A stretch of 64,000 nucleotides of DNA from a virus. Lineage: Duplodnaviria > Caudoviricetes. This document shows, piece after piece, positions 1 through 11,169 of this stretch. Made by a program: the position numbers and the translations under genes. The DNA is taken from positions 1 through 64,000 of the IMG/VR virus record IMGVR_UViG_3300037067_019009; one strand, written 5' to 3'. The notes beneath the pieces were generated by a model. That model worked only from the letters and a program-made list of their open reading frames with translations. It was not told the origin of the DNA and made no database searches. How positions within the stretch are numbered: the first letter of the stretch is position 1; every line of letters starts with the position of its first letter.

Positions 1-18
1 AGACTTATCTTTAGCTAT

Positions 19-1938
19 GTGGTAAGAGATGGCGATGGGGCGGACCCTCTGGATGTGTACTCGAATAGCCTGGTTCTCGGCAACTGGAGCATGGCCGACA
101 GCGTCGGTAATGAGGTCACCACTACTCTTTACGCTTCTGGGGAGTCTGGATGCCTTTCTGAAAATGTTTACATCGTAGTAGGAAGCGGGTATCCCACAAC
201 TCCCACAGGTGCGGAAGACGTCTTCGAGGCTGGAAGTTCTACTACCGGTATGGTGCCTGTAAGCAGAAGCCTTACCGATCTACACAGCGGGATAGGTGAT
301 GGGGATGATCTATTAGTAAATATAAAACCCAGTGTAGACGGTAAGTGGTATCCGCTGATCCATTCCGGGTGGTACTACTTAGGTGAGGTGGAACGTTACC
401 TATTTACTGACAAAGAGCGGAAGGTATTTAATGTCCCGGTCGGTCCTGGGACAGTATCTGTATCTTCCAATGTGGATCACCCAGATTGCCCAGAGCCGAT
501 AATAGTGAAATACATGAGTGGGGTGCCCTTCACTAGGGTATTTTGTTCTCCCTACATCGAAGAACTTTCTAGTTGGACACTGCTGGCCGGGACTACGGAT
601 AAGTGGCAGATGCAGCTAACGAGATATCCACTAGAGCTTTATAGAGACTCATTTACCTACCCTATGTCTAAGGTGTGTGTCGGTGTTAGCGATACGCTGG
701 TGGATAACTACTTTGCCATAGTAGACGATACTCAGTATACGCTAGAAACCGAGCCAGGAACAGCAAGTGTAGCATACACTGTTACCGTTGCCGCGACTGG
801 TACACCAACGGTGTACGCAATGATACTGCCCACCACATCAAGCCGTGTTAGCGATGGATTGGACAGCCTCTTGAAACAAACTGAGGTTGGGGTAGTTGAT
901 AGTTACGGAAATGTGCGTACTATGTATGAAACACCATCGCTGACTCCTCCATATGATGTTATGGTATATACTATGGAGAACGGTGTAGTAACCAGCGCAA
1001 CTGCCTCAGCGGATTGTGTAGGTAACCTAATCGATGTGACTGGTCTTGGCATAGGAGCAGCCCCGGGCGACAGAGTCGCCATGACTTACTATGTCGATGA
1101 CTCTTATGTTGTCAATACGAATAATGGCATACTCTACTTACTCGGCACGATTGGTGGCAGCGCCACTTTGGATTATGAGTATTCAAACGAGGAGTGGTGG
1201 TTAGGAGCCAGTGATGCTAGTGGTGGAAATACCGAGCTGCAGTTCAATCCTATATACTCCGGTATTTCAAGCGGCTTTTTGTATGTAGAGGAAGACACTG
1301 GACAGATTCCAGATAACTACTCCATAACTATGGACGTGGCTCCTAAGGTAGTTTCCGTGACGGCGGGCACGGGACCACCTGTAAGGATCAGGCTGAGGGC
1401 TTTTGACTCCGATAGTAATCCGGTAAAGGGTTTACCTATAGCGATAGGGGCTTCCGGGCAAGGCAGCCTTGGAGCGCCCATACCGGGGACTGGGTTGACA
1501 GATTGGAGGGGTGAGGTAGTATATACCTGGACCCCGACGGCAAGCGGAACTACTACACTGACTGCGTCGGCGTCTAGTGTGTCTGCTACGGGAGCGATTC
1601 ACCAGTACTCGCTAACAGAGTATTCAAGCAGAGAGACTTACGCCGAGGCGAGAAAAGTCTACCTACACATAGATAGCTCCGCGGTAAAAGATGGCAGAGC
1701 TCCTGTGACTGTTTTTGCTACGACCTGTGACGGTCTCTGCCCAATTAAGGGGCAGGTAGTTAGCCTACGTAGTCTGAAAAGTAAATTTACATGTGCTAAT
1801 AATAGTGTTACGACAGACAAGGACGGAGTGGCAAAGACCACCTACTATTGGGTTGATGATGATAGACTAGTAGCTTTTGCCTCTACTGGTAGTGGAAGGC
1901 GTATTTATTCTAACATAATACATGTAGGTAGAGGATAA
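19..1938 (+). CDS. Virion structural protein with C-terminal Ig-like (Big_1/invasin-type) domains; probably 5'-truncated by the window
   Basis: Long beta-rich ORF. Two Ig-like signatures (AFDSDSNPVKGLPI...TDWRG; VTTDKDGVAKTTY). The frame is open to the window start. Confidence 0.6.
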   Translation: MVRDGDGADPLDVYSNSLVLGNWSMADSVGNEVTTTLYASGESGCLSENVYIVVGSGYPTTPTGAEDVFEAGSSTTGMVPVSRSLTDLHSGIGDGDDLLVNIKPSVDGKWYPLIHSGWYYLGEVERYLFTDKERKVFNVPVGPGTVSVSSNVDHPDCPEPIIVKYMSGVPFTRVFCSPYIEELSSWTLLAGTTDKWQMQLTRYPLELYRDSFTYPMSKVCVGVSDTLVDNYFAIVDDTQYTLETEPGTASVAYTVTVAATGTPTVYAMILPTTSSRVSDGLDSLLKQTEVGVVDSYGNVRTMYETPSLTPPYDVMVYTMENGVVTSATASADCVGNLIDVTGLGIGAAPGDRVAMTYYVDDSYVVNTNNGILYLLGTIGGSATLDYEYSNEEWWLGASDASGGNTELQFNPIYSGISSGFLYVEEDTGQIPDNYSITMDVAPKVVSVTAGTGPPVRIRLRAFDSDSNPVKGLPIAIGASGQGSLGAPIPGTGLTDWRGEVVYTWTPTASGTTTLTASASSVSATGAIHQYSLTEYSSRETYAEARKVYLHIDSSAVKDGRAPVTVFATTCDGLCPIKGQVVSLRSLKSKFTCANNSVTTDKDGVAKTTYYWVDDDRLVAFASTGSGRRIYSNIIHVGRG

Positions 1939-1944
1939 TTATAA

Positions 1945-3498
1945 GTGAGTGACGTAAAATTAAAGTTTGGGCATAGAGTTCCTGATGGAGCTGTTAACCT
2001 CGCGTGGATAGCTCCTCCTCCACTAACACCAGAGAACAACGTATTTGTGTCTGATGTGGCAGCTACTATATCTGCGAACTCATTCTTGCTTTATGACACT
2101 ACGCTATCAAGCGCGGTCACAGCTACCACATTCATTCTCGATAGTTACGATGATAGCACCAGGATCAAGTCGGGGGAGCGCGATATTGTATCTATCCATG
2201 TACCTATAGAAGTAAAGTCGGTAGTGGAGGACGAAACTGGAGCATGGTACCTGCAGGTAACTGATGGTTTAGTGCAGCAGCGAGTAGTGTTGGATGTAAT
2301 CGAGCTTGACCAGGATAGCAGTAGCTGGCTAAAACTAGCGGCTGATGATGCTGGCTGGGAAGAAGGTGATGAGTTAGTAGCGGTATACTCTCTACAAGAT
2401 GTACTATTCGCTATGGCCGATTATGCCGTATACCAGTTTTCGTCATCCGTGAATTACACAGCTAAAGCGGGGTATAAAGAAAACGTAGAGTGCGTTATAC
2501 TGAATAATAAAGAGATAAAGATACCGCATGACTACGTGTACAGAATATACTCCCTTACTATAAACGGCACAAAAACCGTGACACAATCGGACTTCGCGCA
2601 CTCCAATAGTAGAGATCCTCTAATAATAGAGTCCGTAGATTGGGCCAATGGGATTGTTCGCCTAAAGAACGCACTGCCATTATCTTCTTCCGTGCAGGCT
2701 ACTTTCACTCATAGGATAACTGAGTATACCTACCGTGGTTATTATGACGAGGACGCCGGTGTCTACCAGGATCTGGACCTGAACCCAAGTTATGGGCACA
2801 CCTATGGAAGAGGTACCTCCGGCAGCAGCCTTTTAAGCAGTGTGGTGTATATTTATCTACTGCCTGCGGCGGCCTACAGGCTGTCAGACGCGAATACCAG
2901 TGGGCAGGTGCGCATTTTCAGGGCCGTGGACTATGGAGTTAACCACCTTTTGCGGTGGGAGTCCGGCCCAGCTATAGCTGTACCAAAAGAAGATGACTCT
3001 TTAGCAAGAGGATGGGATATAAACGTATACGGTGCCGCGTTATATGACGAGTCCATGTTCTCTGATCGTTTGCCAACTGACTTCCCTGGAGTGGGAGACG
3101 TCAGTAGTCCGGTAGGAACGCAACTTCTTGCCGGAGGCACAGGAACCTTAAAGAATTATCCATCGGCTTTGGTACTTGCCAAGATATACACGGCCAGTGC
3201 CGGTAATATATCATCAGTTAAAGTGGTGGATACTCGCACTCGCGGCGGTGGGTTAGGCGATGATTTTGTAGAGAGAAAGGCAAAACTGGTAGGAGAGCCC
3301 GCCATCGAGGCCGAAGCCTGCTGGGACGTGTCTGGTTGGGATGGTACTCCGGTCATGCTTAATGGGGTCGTAGTATTCGATATGCCTAAATCCCTACTAG
3401 TAAGCGAAGGTGGGGGGTTTACCGAGCGAGAAATTGAAGCCATCGTATCAAAACACATAACGGCCGGAGTTCTTCCCATCATAAGGTATGTAGATTAA
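1945..3498 (+). CDS. Putative virion structural (baseplate-region) protein
   Basis: 517-aa ORF in a tightly packed structural operon, with a conserved-looking C-terminus (DTRTRGGGL...WDVSGWDG...AGVLPIIRY). Confidence 0.5.
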   Translation: MSDVKLKFGHRVPDGAVNLAWIAPPPLTPENNVFVSDVAATISANSFLLYDTTLSSAVTATTFILDSYDDSTRIKSGERDIVSIHVPIEVKSVVEDETGAWYLQVTDGLVQQRVVLDVIELDQDSSSWLKLAADDAGWEEGDELVAVYSLQDVLFAMADYAVYQFSSSVNYTAKAGYKENVECVILNNKEIKIPHDYVYRIYSLTINGTKTVTQSDFAHSNSRDPLIIESVDWANGIVRLKNALPLSSSVQATFTHRITEYTYRGYYDEDAGVYQDLDLNPSYGHTYGRGTSGSSLLSSVVYIYLLPAAAYRLSDANTSGQVRIFRAVDYGVNHLLRWESGPAIAVPKEDDSLARGWDINVYGAALYDESMFSDRLPTDFPGVGDVSSPVGTQLLAGGTGTLKNYPSALVLAKIYTASAGNISSVKVVDTRTRGGGLGDDFVERKAKLVGEPAIEAEACWDVSGWDGTPVMLNGVVVFDMPKSLLVSEGGGFTEREIEAIVSKHITAGVLPIIRYVD

Positions 3499-3500
3499 CA

Positions 3501-4940
3501 ATGCAAAATACTTCCAGCTTTAATAAAGACCAGATAGACTCGTTTGATAACGTGGTTTCTAAGTCCGTAGTGAGAGCCGAGCACGCGAACCTAATGGCTT
3601 CCGCCGTTATGCAAGCACAAACCAAGGCTTCCGGCGGTTTAATGTTTACTGACAAGGACGTTGGGTACGGCGCCGGATTTGTGAAGGGGAAGCGCGTGGT
3701 GCTATGTGGACATGCATGGAAACAACTTCCTACGGCAGGTGTCACCAACCATACGCATAGGATAGACGTAGCCATAGCTGATGACAAAGGAAACGTAGTT
3801 AAGGGGGCATGGAGTGATCCACGCTGGGCCATTTATGTAGATGTGGTCCTACTTAATCCAGGTTTTATAGAGGTGCCCAAAAGCGCCGATGATATACTGC
3901 CGGGCAGTAATCTGTATACAGCGACTCCGGCCAAGTTTTCTATAGTGGATTACGATTCCACTTATACAACGGCACGGATATATGTAAAATCCACCGCGTT
4001 GAAGCAATCTGCGCTGGTTACATGGACAGCGGTATCAGAGGCCGATGAGATTACCAGCAGTTATCATGCTCGTTCCCCCTACTCCGACGGAGGCTATTTG
4101 GATCCAGGCGAACAGGATACAGGTAACGATGGTTCTGGTATAGTAGGGGATGGGACAGGCATACCGGATGATGATTCTCCGGGGTTTGTAAATGAGACAA
4201 GGCTCACCAAAAACCTTATACGTAACTCAGATTTCTACACTGGAAGTACGGACTGGGACATAAAACCCTCCGTCTACGATGTTCCTGGAAGTGCTAACAA
4301 AGAAAAGCTGGCTTATATGCTGGCTACTAGAAGAACTCCACAGCACGGCCTTGATAAGAATAGTTCCGCATATACGTTCGATTGGACGGACTATCGATGG
4401 TCGGATTTAATAACACCGATAGAAGGCGCAGGGCCTAAATATATTGGAGACTCTTGGGATTATATGCAAGATGGAAGAGGTGCTTCCACTGCTATAGAGT
4501 TTAAAACCATAGGAGGATCTAACCTCACGATAAGCTCTCCCTACCATGTGGGAGTTCTTGAGTTTGAGTGGGCTTTAGGGGCCGCGCACATAGACGAGCT
4601 TACTAAACACGGGCAGGACAACTTCTTCGGGTACGTTCATATGTATTGGTTCAGCAACTCTTGGGAGCAGCTTGGCGTGAGTCGTTTCCGGCTGGAGGAT
4701 GAAATTAAATATGATCTCGGAGACAAGGACAAGAGGAGCTGGATAACCAAATTCAAATATATCCATCGGGTACCTCTACATAAGTCTGTAATAGAAGTAA
4801 AGCCTCCGATAGGAGCAAGACATTGTGTGCTGGGTTTGATGTGCATGGTGGATGACCCACTTGGTCCGATGAGCGAGGACTACGCTCTAATTGTCGATAA
4901 CATAGTTTTTTCCATATGGCATAAGGAGCTAATAGATTAG
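3501..4940 (+). CDS. Fibre/receptor-binding-like protein with N-terminal attachment module and C-terminal CBM4/9-like domain
   Basis: N-terminal IDSF...AEHANL motif; NLIRNSDF...W and IVDNIVF bracket a CBM-like jelly-roll. Confidence 0.5.
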   Translation: MQNTSSFNKDQIDSFDNVVSKSVVRAEHANLMASAVMQAQTKASGGLMFTDKDVGYGAGFVKGKRVVLCGHAWKQLPTAGVTNHTHRIDVAIADDKGNVVKGAWSDPRWAIYVDVVLLNPGFIEVPKSADDILPGSNLYTATPAKFSIVDYDSTYTTARIYVKSTALKQSALVTWTAVSEADEITSSYHARSPYSDGGYLDPGEQDTGNDGSGIVGDGTGIPDDDSPGFVNETRLTKNLIRNSDFYTGSTDWDIKPSVYDVPGSANKEKLAYMLATRRTPQHGLDKNSSAYTFDWTDYRWSDLITPIEGAGPKYIGDSWDYMQDGRGASTAIEFKTIGGSNLTISSPYHVGVLEFEWALGAAHIDELTKHGQDNFFGYVHMYWFSNSWEQLGVSRFRLEDEIKYDLGDKDKRSWITKFKYIHRVPLHKSVIEVKPPIGARHCVLGLMCMVDDPLGPMSEDYALIVDNIVFSIWHKELID

Positions 4941-4941
4941 T

Positions 4942-7260
4942 ATGAGTGGGTTGTTAGTAGACGGTACCGATAGCGCGGCATTAGTTGGCGGAGTCGATGA
5001 CTTTTCCACAAGGGTGGTTACAAATGACTACTACAGATCTAACTGTGTAAACGCTGATCTTTGGAATGACGTAGCTCATGGCATAGTTGCGCTGGAGAGA
5101 CGCCTAACATCCAGCACCACATCGACAGAGGAATTATCATTTCCAGTAGGCATTGCTATAAACACCACGGATAGCATCGTTTATGTAGCAGACGCCTGGG
5201 CGTCTATCTGTGCGGCGTATGGTGCCAGTGGAAATATGCTGACTACGTTTGGTGGACCCGGTTCCGCGGCTGGCAGACTGAAATATCCCACATCGGTTGC
5301 CGTGGATGGCTCTGGTAATGTGCATATATCCGATTCCTTGAACCATAGGATACAATCTTACGATAAGTACGGTACATATTTGTTGACTTATTGCGGAAAC
5401 CAGACGGCGACGGGGACCATATCATATGCGTGGTCCATAGCGTATGGTAGTTATGGCGGGCAGCCGGCTATATGGGCCTATGATTGGTTCAACTACAGAC
5501 TCATAGCGTTTAATCCCACCAGCGGCGCGGTAATGACTTCAAAGCTGCCAAGTACAACAGCCCCTGGGTCACGTGGACTGGCTTTCAGTTCTGTTGGCAG
5601 CGGTAAACTTATTATCGCGGACCCATCGGGTAACAGGGCACTAGTATACGATTTAGCCACAAGCACGACCACCATCACAGCGACTGGTATAACGTCTCCC
5701 CTCGGCGTTCATGTAGACGCCAGTGGAGCAGTATGGATGACTAGCAGTACGACTCCACATATTTGCAAGTACACGTTATCCGGTAACAGCTTAGTCTACT
5801 CTGGAACCTATGTGGATTTGGAAGGAAGTGCGCGTCTAATCTATGGAGTATCAAGCATGACGTCCTATGGAGAAACGAGCCTTTATGCGGCGGATAGCGA
5901 CGGGCATGAAGTGCAAGTAATAGGTACGGTCAGCGGTGATACTAAGACGGAAATTACGGATGTAGATGTAGACCCCTACTGGTTGGTCAAACCTTTCGAT
6001 GTTGCGGTAGACGCTAACGACTGTATATACATAATAGACAGCCACACGTGCCAACTCACTAAAGTAACAGGCAGTGGCAGCAGTACGCTTAGGTTTGGCG
6101 AAAAGGGTTATGGAATCGGCGAGTTTCAGAACCCAGTGTCGGTCTCCGTTTCAGTGTCCGGCGACATCTACGTGGCGGATATGGCTCGTCACTTAGTGAC
6201 TTACCATACAGCTACGGGCGCCTATTCAGGTTGTATAACCGGAGCTACCCTATCAACCCCAACAGCACTGCGTATCAGCAGTGACGGGAGCTGGATAGTA
6301 GTTGTCGAGGAGTCGGGTACACGTGTAACCAAATACACTAACAGTGGAGGTACGTGGTCCGGCGCAGCTATTGGTAGCCACGGAGCCGGCACTGGCCAGT
6401 ATACATGGGTAAAGGACGTAACGATTGGCAGCGACGATAGTATATATCTGCTGGATGGATATAATGGCCGTGTGCTTGTATACGACTCTGGCGGCAGCTA
6501 CACAACTATGTACTGGACAGGCAGCGCTCTTACTGGGTTTACCGGTATAGCAATAGATGTGTCCGGCCTCATCTATATTACGGACGCCGTGACCCATAAG
6601 CTCAGAACCTACAATCCATCTACGGACGAGTGGGAGTTGTATACTGTGACCGGAGCTTTGAGGCTGTGGGGAATAGATATAGATTCTTCCGGTTATGTAT
6701 ATATTTGTGACCCAGACAATTCGAGGGTAGTGGTCCTAGACTCCAGCCTCGACTACCACACACAGTTCAAATTCACTAACAACAATGTTTTCGATCCAGT
6801 AGAAGCTGGAGGCTCTAAACTGGTATCTCCTCTCAGAGGATTTAATAGTAATCTGTTAGACCCTGATGAAGCCGACCCGATATCTGAGATGTATGAGCGT
6901 ACATATTCATGGAATACAGTGATGCTTACTTCGAGCGCATTAGTAACCAGCGCTGGGGCATCTGCCAGCATTCCATTCTATATGAGTTTTGATGTGGATG
7001 AGGATACCTTCATTTTTCCGGTTGACTGGAGAACCAGTGTTAGGACAACTAATACGGGTGTCACCGGTATGCCGATAGTTACACTGGTGCGACCCGCTAC
7101 TGGAGATGGAGAAGCGGAATACATCACGGCTGTAAGCTCCGATACTGACAGAATAACTTTCATGTGTGCTCTATCTAATAGAGACGGCACTGTCCTTCCG
7201 GCCTTACCAGGCGAGTATCCATGTGTGGTTAACGCTTTTGTCCAGGCGATGCGTAGGTAA
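4942..7260 (+). CDS. NHL-repeat beta-propeller virion protein
   Basis: Many NHL repeats, e.g. YPTSVAVDGSGNVHISDSLNHRIQ, FQNPVSVSVSVSGDIYVAD, WGIDIDSSGYVYICDPDNSRV. Confidence 0.8.
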   Translation: MSGLLVDGTDSAALVGGVDDFSTRVVTNDYYRSNCVNADLWNDVAHGIVALERRLTSSTTSTEELSFPVGIAINTTDSIVYVADAWASICAAYGASGNMLTTFGGPGSAAGRLKYPTSVAVDGSGNVHISDSLNHRIQSYDKYGTYLLTYCGNQTATGTISYAWSIAYGSYGGQPAIWAYDWFNYRLIAFNPTSGAVMTSKLPSTTAPGSRGLAFSSVGSGKLIIADPSGNRALVYDLATSTTTITATGITSPLGVHVDASGAVWMTSSTTPHICKYTLSGNSLVYSGTYVDLEGSARLIYGVSSMTSYGETSLYAADSDGHEVQVIGTVSGDTKTEITDVDVDPYWLVKPFDVAVDANDCIYIIDSHTCQLTKVTGSGSSTLRFGEKGYGIGEFQNPVSVSVSVSGDIYVADMARHLVTYHTATGAYSGCITGATLSTPTALRISSDGSWIVVVEESGTRVTKYTNSGGTWSGAAIGSHGAGTGQYTWVKDVTIGSDDSIYLLDGYNGRVLVYDSGGSYTTMYWTGSALTGFTGIAIDVSGLIYITDAVTHKLRTYNPSTDEWELYTVTGALRLWGIDIDSSGYVYICDPDNSRVVVLDSSLDYHTQFKFTNNNVFDPVEAGGSKLVSPLRGFNSNLLDPDEADPISEMYERTYSWNTVMLTSSALVTSAGASASIPFYMSFDVDEDTFIFPVDWRTSVRTTNTGVTGMPIVTLVRPATGDGEAEYITAVSSDTDRITFMCALSNRDGTVLPALPGEYPCVVNAFVQAMRR

Positions 7261-7264
7261 CAAT

Positions 7265-7888
7265 ATGCAAGAACAAAATGTAGGCAAGACAAGTCAATTT
7301 CCTTTGGCTATCGATGAGTTTTTTGAGAAGAGCAATGCCAAGTATAATCCCCTCACCCAAGATTTGGAGGGGGATATAATATCTTCTATGTATAAGAATA
7401 AGCTCGATGATGCTCTCTATAATATAGAAGCCGAGCTTTTGAATGCCCCGGTTAATATGGACTCTTCCCTGGATCTAAGAGTCGTGGCAGTTACCTCGGT
7501 AATAAAAGAGGCTGTCATAAGTGTGCCATATCTATTTCGTATATCAGAAGCGGCGGCGGATTTCATAGGCAGGGCGAATCTCGGGATATCTGAGTCGGTA
7601 ACGGCATATCTTACAGGCGTACGCCCTTACTACCTGGAGTACACGGACACATCGCAGATTGCCCTTGTTAAAGGCATGTGGAACACGCTTGTGTATACCG
7701 ATCCACTGTTACATCAGTTCTCATGCACACTTAGTAGCACTGATCCACAAAGTGTAAGTATAACCTTCTGCCCAGCGGAAGAGATTACATTGAGCACTGC
7801 TTGGGATGATGTTTATAATATCGCCGTTGGACACGCTGGAAACTTTATATTATCTCTTATAATCATATCTCAGCATGCGAGAGGCTAG
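7265..7888 (+). CDS. Virion protein with N-terminal attachment module
   Basis: Start moved to the ATG at 7265, just after the upstream stop. Motif FPLAIDEF...NKLDDALYNIEAEL. Confidence 0.55.
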   Translation: MQEQNVGKTSQFPLAIDEFFEKSNAKYNPLTQDLEGDIISSMYKNKLDDALYNIEAELLNAPVNMDSSLDLRVVAVTSVIKEAVISVPYLFRISEAAADFIGRANLGISESVTAYLTGVRPYYLEYTDTSQIALVKGMWNTLVYTDPLLHQFSCTLSSTDPQSVSITFCPAEEITLSTAWDDVYNIAVGHAGNFILSLIIISQHARG

Positions 7889-10800
7889 CCAGTTGCAAGA
7901 TTACATTAATGCTATAGATACCGCACTTCCTGAAACACAGCGCTTGGCGCTCAGGACGTTTATATCAGCAGCCAAGGAAACCGGGTTATCAACGGAAGCA
8001 CTTTCTAAAGTAGCGTCAGTTGGCGCGAAGGTGCTGTCTGTTCCCGATGACATAACCAAACCTGACGCTTATAACACCGCCATCATGGCTGGTATTACTG
8101 ATATAATGGCTCTCTACACCGGGCTGGACACGGTGGCCGGGGTGGTTAGATCCAATAACGCCATAAACGATGGTGAAGCAGACAGGATGATGGCTGAGCT
8201 CGGCAGAATGGAGCAAGTACTCTCTAAATCCATTCGCCTACATGGTAGTTCCGCTGACTATACACATGTAATACATCACACGTTTGATACAGATGATGGC
8301 AGCAGTTCGCTGCTTCCTCCGGATCTGCAGCGCCTCACCATCGATACTAAAGACTTCGCACTCAAAAGACCGATGGGACTTGATATATCTATGGTTATGC
8401 CCAACGGTAAATATAAGATGTGTGAGGTATCTGTGGATAAGATGCTTGGCTTATCGGCGGAAACCAGGCACGGCGTGTCGGAAGCCATAGATGGATCTAC
8501 CGATACATGTTGGAGGGAGGTAATTTATACCGATGCTCCGATATTCTCCAGCCCAAAAGTTGTATCATGGCTCCCTTCCAACTATCGTGGTGGAGCGGCT
8601 GTGCGACTTAAGTTCGAGTTCGAGTCTGTAGTTACGGTGTCGGACCTGGTTATAAAGGGGCTGACCCCTTATCCAATGGATATACTGGAAGTCGCTTGGG
8701 CCAGCCCGTCACGTGGTTCTAAAGAGACGGGGGGAACAGTATATACTAATGGCAATTTCGGCACGCTGTCTGGATGGACGGAGGATGGGGACAGTGACGC
8801 TACCGTATCCATAGTATCTCAGGGCAGCCACAATGGCACATCCTGCGTGGCTTTCGCATTTCCAGATAGTGAAAGTATGATAACCAGATCCGTAAGCAGA
8901 GGAGTCAAGTTGACTCCCAGCACCCAGTATACTGTAAGTTTTTATGCCTGGGGAAGCGGGATAAGTAACCAAATACAGATTTCACTTTCTACATTGAGCA
9001 GTAGTGGGGGTAGCGTGGTGAGGGAGGAGCCGGCGTTTACGGAATCTTCTCCATACTGGGTAAGTTCTCGGTTGGGATGGACTAAGTATTCCCATACCTT
9101 TACTACAAGCTCTAACTGCTCCACGGCTGATCTGCTAATAGAGGTGTCCAGCGAAGGTGGCGAAGTAAGAATAGATGATCTGCAAATATCTAGTGACTAC
9201 TTTACGTTTACACCAAGGCTGACTACAGCGGGAGCAGTCACTACCATTCCATTAGTTTCGACTAACGGGCAGCCTATCTCCACTAGAACAATTTGGCTGA
9301 CGCTGGCGCAGCCTAACTTTGCTGTCCGGCATATGTCCATACCAAAATCCATGTTAGATTTGAATGAGATGTGGACACTGGCTCTGGATTCCGAGGGCGG
9401 GGCTGTTTACACGCCGGAAGAGGCAGATTGGCGCGGCTCTTTTGCGGAGTCTCCTAACCACCAGATTATAGATGGGGACTCCACTATTGCACGCCTTGCC
9501 TCCAAACTAGGCGGAAGAATCAAGACGATGCTGCTGAACCTTCTGAGCCTGGCTTATCCGACTAATGAGACAGTATCAGTAGTTAAATACGAGTATGTTA
9601 TCGGGGCATGGGAGATAGACTTCAGGTTCAGGGATTATACTCCGACTGGATACTGGGCGTCATGGCCTCTCGGGTTGACCGGGGAGCTAAGGCAGTTGAC
9701 ATTAGTGCCGGACTCAGATCCTGCTGAGGAAGGTAAAATAAACTATTACATAGCAGCTAGAGCGGACGAGTCTTTAGATCCGGATAACCTCTATCAGCTC
9801 CAGGCAGATAAGACAGTTTACTTTAAGGGTGTATACGAAGAAGAGTCTTCGTTATCTATGTGCGTCAGCGGGGATGAGTCATTGGTAATGCGCGTGCATC
9901 CGAAGCCAATGAAGTTTACGGAGCTCGGCACGGACAGATATAACAAGCTCAGGTTACCAAGTTATCCAAGCGTGGATTTGGACAAGATAATTGGTATCCA
10001 TAATACTCTTAGAACCGTCGTGTCTTTGGGTGGGGAGAATCCGAATAGGTACAATCATTACGACCCCAACGCCGTGTTTCCATGCTATGTTCGGACCGAT
10101 TCGGGAGCCCCGGCGACCGGAGCCATTGACAGTATCGATGGCTACGTGCCAATTAAAGTGACCCTGAAAATAGGTGATACGACAGTACCACCGGATACAG
10201 TTGGGGTTCCTTATTATACACGTTACAGGCTGGTGGAGGCGGAGGAGCTTACGTCGGTTACTGATGGTATGGTCATAAAGTTGGCCACGCTAATACAGGA
10301 GAACCAAGGCAGCACTGGTAGCTCCATCACTAAACTTTCCAAAGAAACCATAGAACGGGTCGCTAAACAACTTGGCATAAGCACCAGCGCCGTCACTTCC
10401 TTGGTCCAAAAAACGGCAGAGAAGTCTACTACTAGTACGCAAGAATCTACACAGAGGGTGGAGACTTACATAACTAAGTACCCAATCGTTTGGGTAGAGG
10501 GGCTGGGTCCGAGATTAGCACTTTACTGGAAGGATGTAAGTACTAGCGCTTTAGAACTTATACCACCATCTACATATAATATACGATGGAGCCAGAGCGT
10601 AGCTACAGTCGGCTATAAAAGGTATGGTAATAAGAAGCAGACGGAGATTAAAAGTTCCAGTAGGATAGAACTAAACATCACGGATCTGGCTAAGTTCAGT
10701 GAAACTTTAGAAGACGGATCTGCTAAGTATAAAATACTAGCGTACTATAGAACTGAGATACCTACACGACCCTCAGTAGGAACTAACACGGACGAGTACA

Positions 10801-11165
10801 CGTTGTTCACTGCCGCGGATAACTCGATGATCCCTCTGGTCAGCTTACAGAACTATCCAGTCACGAGAAATATGACTGACTACATATCGGGGACTATACC
10901 GACTCTTACTCCAGCGGACATGAATCCTACCAGTAGGGACTATTACCCGGTGTTCGAATACTACTTGGACTCTTCTGGAAACCTGGTCTTCGCTAACGAC
11001 CTGTTCACTTATGGAGACACTCCCGCAGTCATCGATGTAGAGTACGAGACCCTGGACATAAACCCGATTGTAGTCGTGGAATACTCTGATCCGGTGGCCG
11101 GCTCGTCAGCTTGTCGTACTCCAGTACTTCATGGGTACACTCTCCTTTTGAATGTAAGGACATAA
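7875..11165 (+). CDS. Large structural protein with discoidin-like and CBM4/9-like domains
   Basis: EAIDGSTDTCW (discoidin-like) and TNGNFG..GW...LTPSTQYTVSFYA...WTKYSHTFTT...IDDLQI (CBM4/9-like). Confidence 0.6.
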   Translation: MREASQLQDYINAIDTALPETQRLALRTFISAAKETGLSTEALSKVASVGAKVLSVPDDITKPDAYNTAIMAGITDIMALYTGLDTVAGVVRSNNAINDGEADRMMAELGRMEQVLSKSIRLHGSSADYTHVIHHTFDTDDGSSSLLPPDLQRLTIDTKDFALKRPMGLDISMVMPNGKYKMCEVSVDKMLGLSAETRHGVSEAIDGSTDTCWREVIYTDAPIFSSPKVVSWLPSNYRGGAAVRLKFEFESVVTVSDLVIKGLTPYPMDILEVAWASPSRGSKETGGTVYTNGNFGTLSGWTEDGDSDATVSIVSQGSHNGTSCVAFAFPDSESMITRSVSRGVKLTPSTQYTVSFYAWGSGISNQIQISLSTLSSSGGSVVREEPAFTESSPYWVSSRLGWTKYSHTFTTSSNCSTADLLIEVSSEGGEVRIDDLQISSDYFTFTPRLTTAGAVTTIPLVSTNGQPISTRTIWLTLAQPNFAVRHMSIPKSMLDLNEMWTLALDSEGGAVYTPEEADWRGSFAESPNHQIIDGDSTIARLASKLGGRIKTMLLNLLSLAYPTNETVSVVKYEYVIGAWEIDFRFRDYTPTGYWASWPLGLTGELRQLTLVPDSDPAEEGKINYYIAARADESLDPDNLYQLQADKTVYFKGVYEEESSLSMCVSGDESLVMRVHPKPMKFTELGTDRYNKLRLPSYPSVDLDKIIGIHNTLRTVVSLGGENPNRYNHYDPNAVFPCYVRTDSGAPATGAIDSIDGYVPIKVTLKIGDTTVPPDTVGVPYYTRYRLVEAEELTSVTDGMVIKLATLIQENQGSTGSSITKLSKETIERVAKQLGISTSAVTSLVQKTAEKSTTSTQESTQRVETYITKYPIVWVEGLGPRLALYWKDVSTSALELIPPSTYNIRWSQSVATVGYKRYGNKKQTEIKSSSRIELNITDLAKFSETLEDGSAKYKILAYYRTEIPTRPSVGTNTDEYTLFTAADNSMIPLVSLQNYPVTRNMTDYISGTIPTLTPADMNPTSRDYYPVFEYYLDSSGNLVFANDLFTYGDTPAVIDVEYETLDINPIVVVEYSDPVAGSSACRTPVLHGYTLLLNVRT

Positions 11166-11169
11166 TCTA

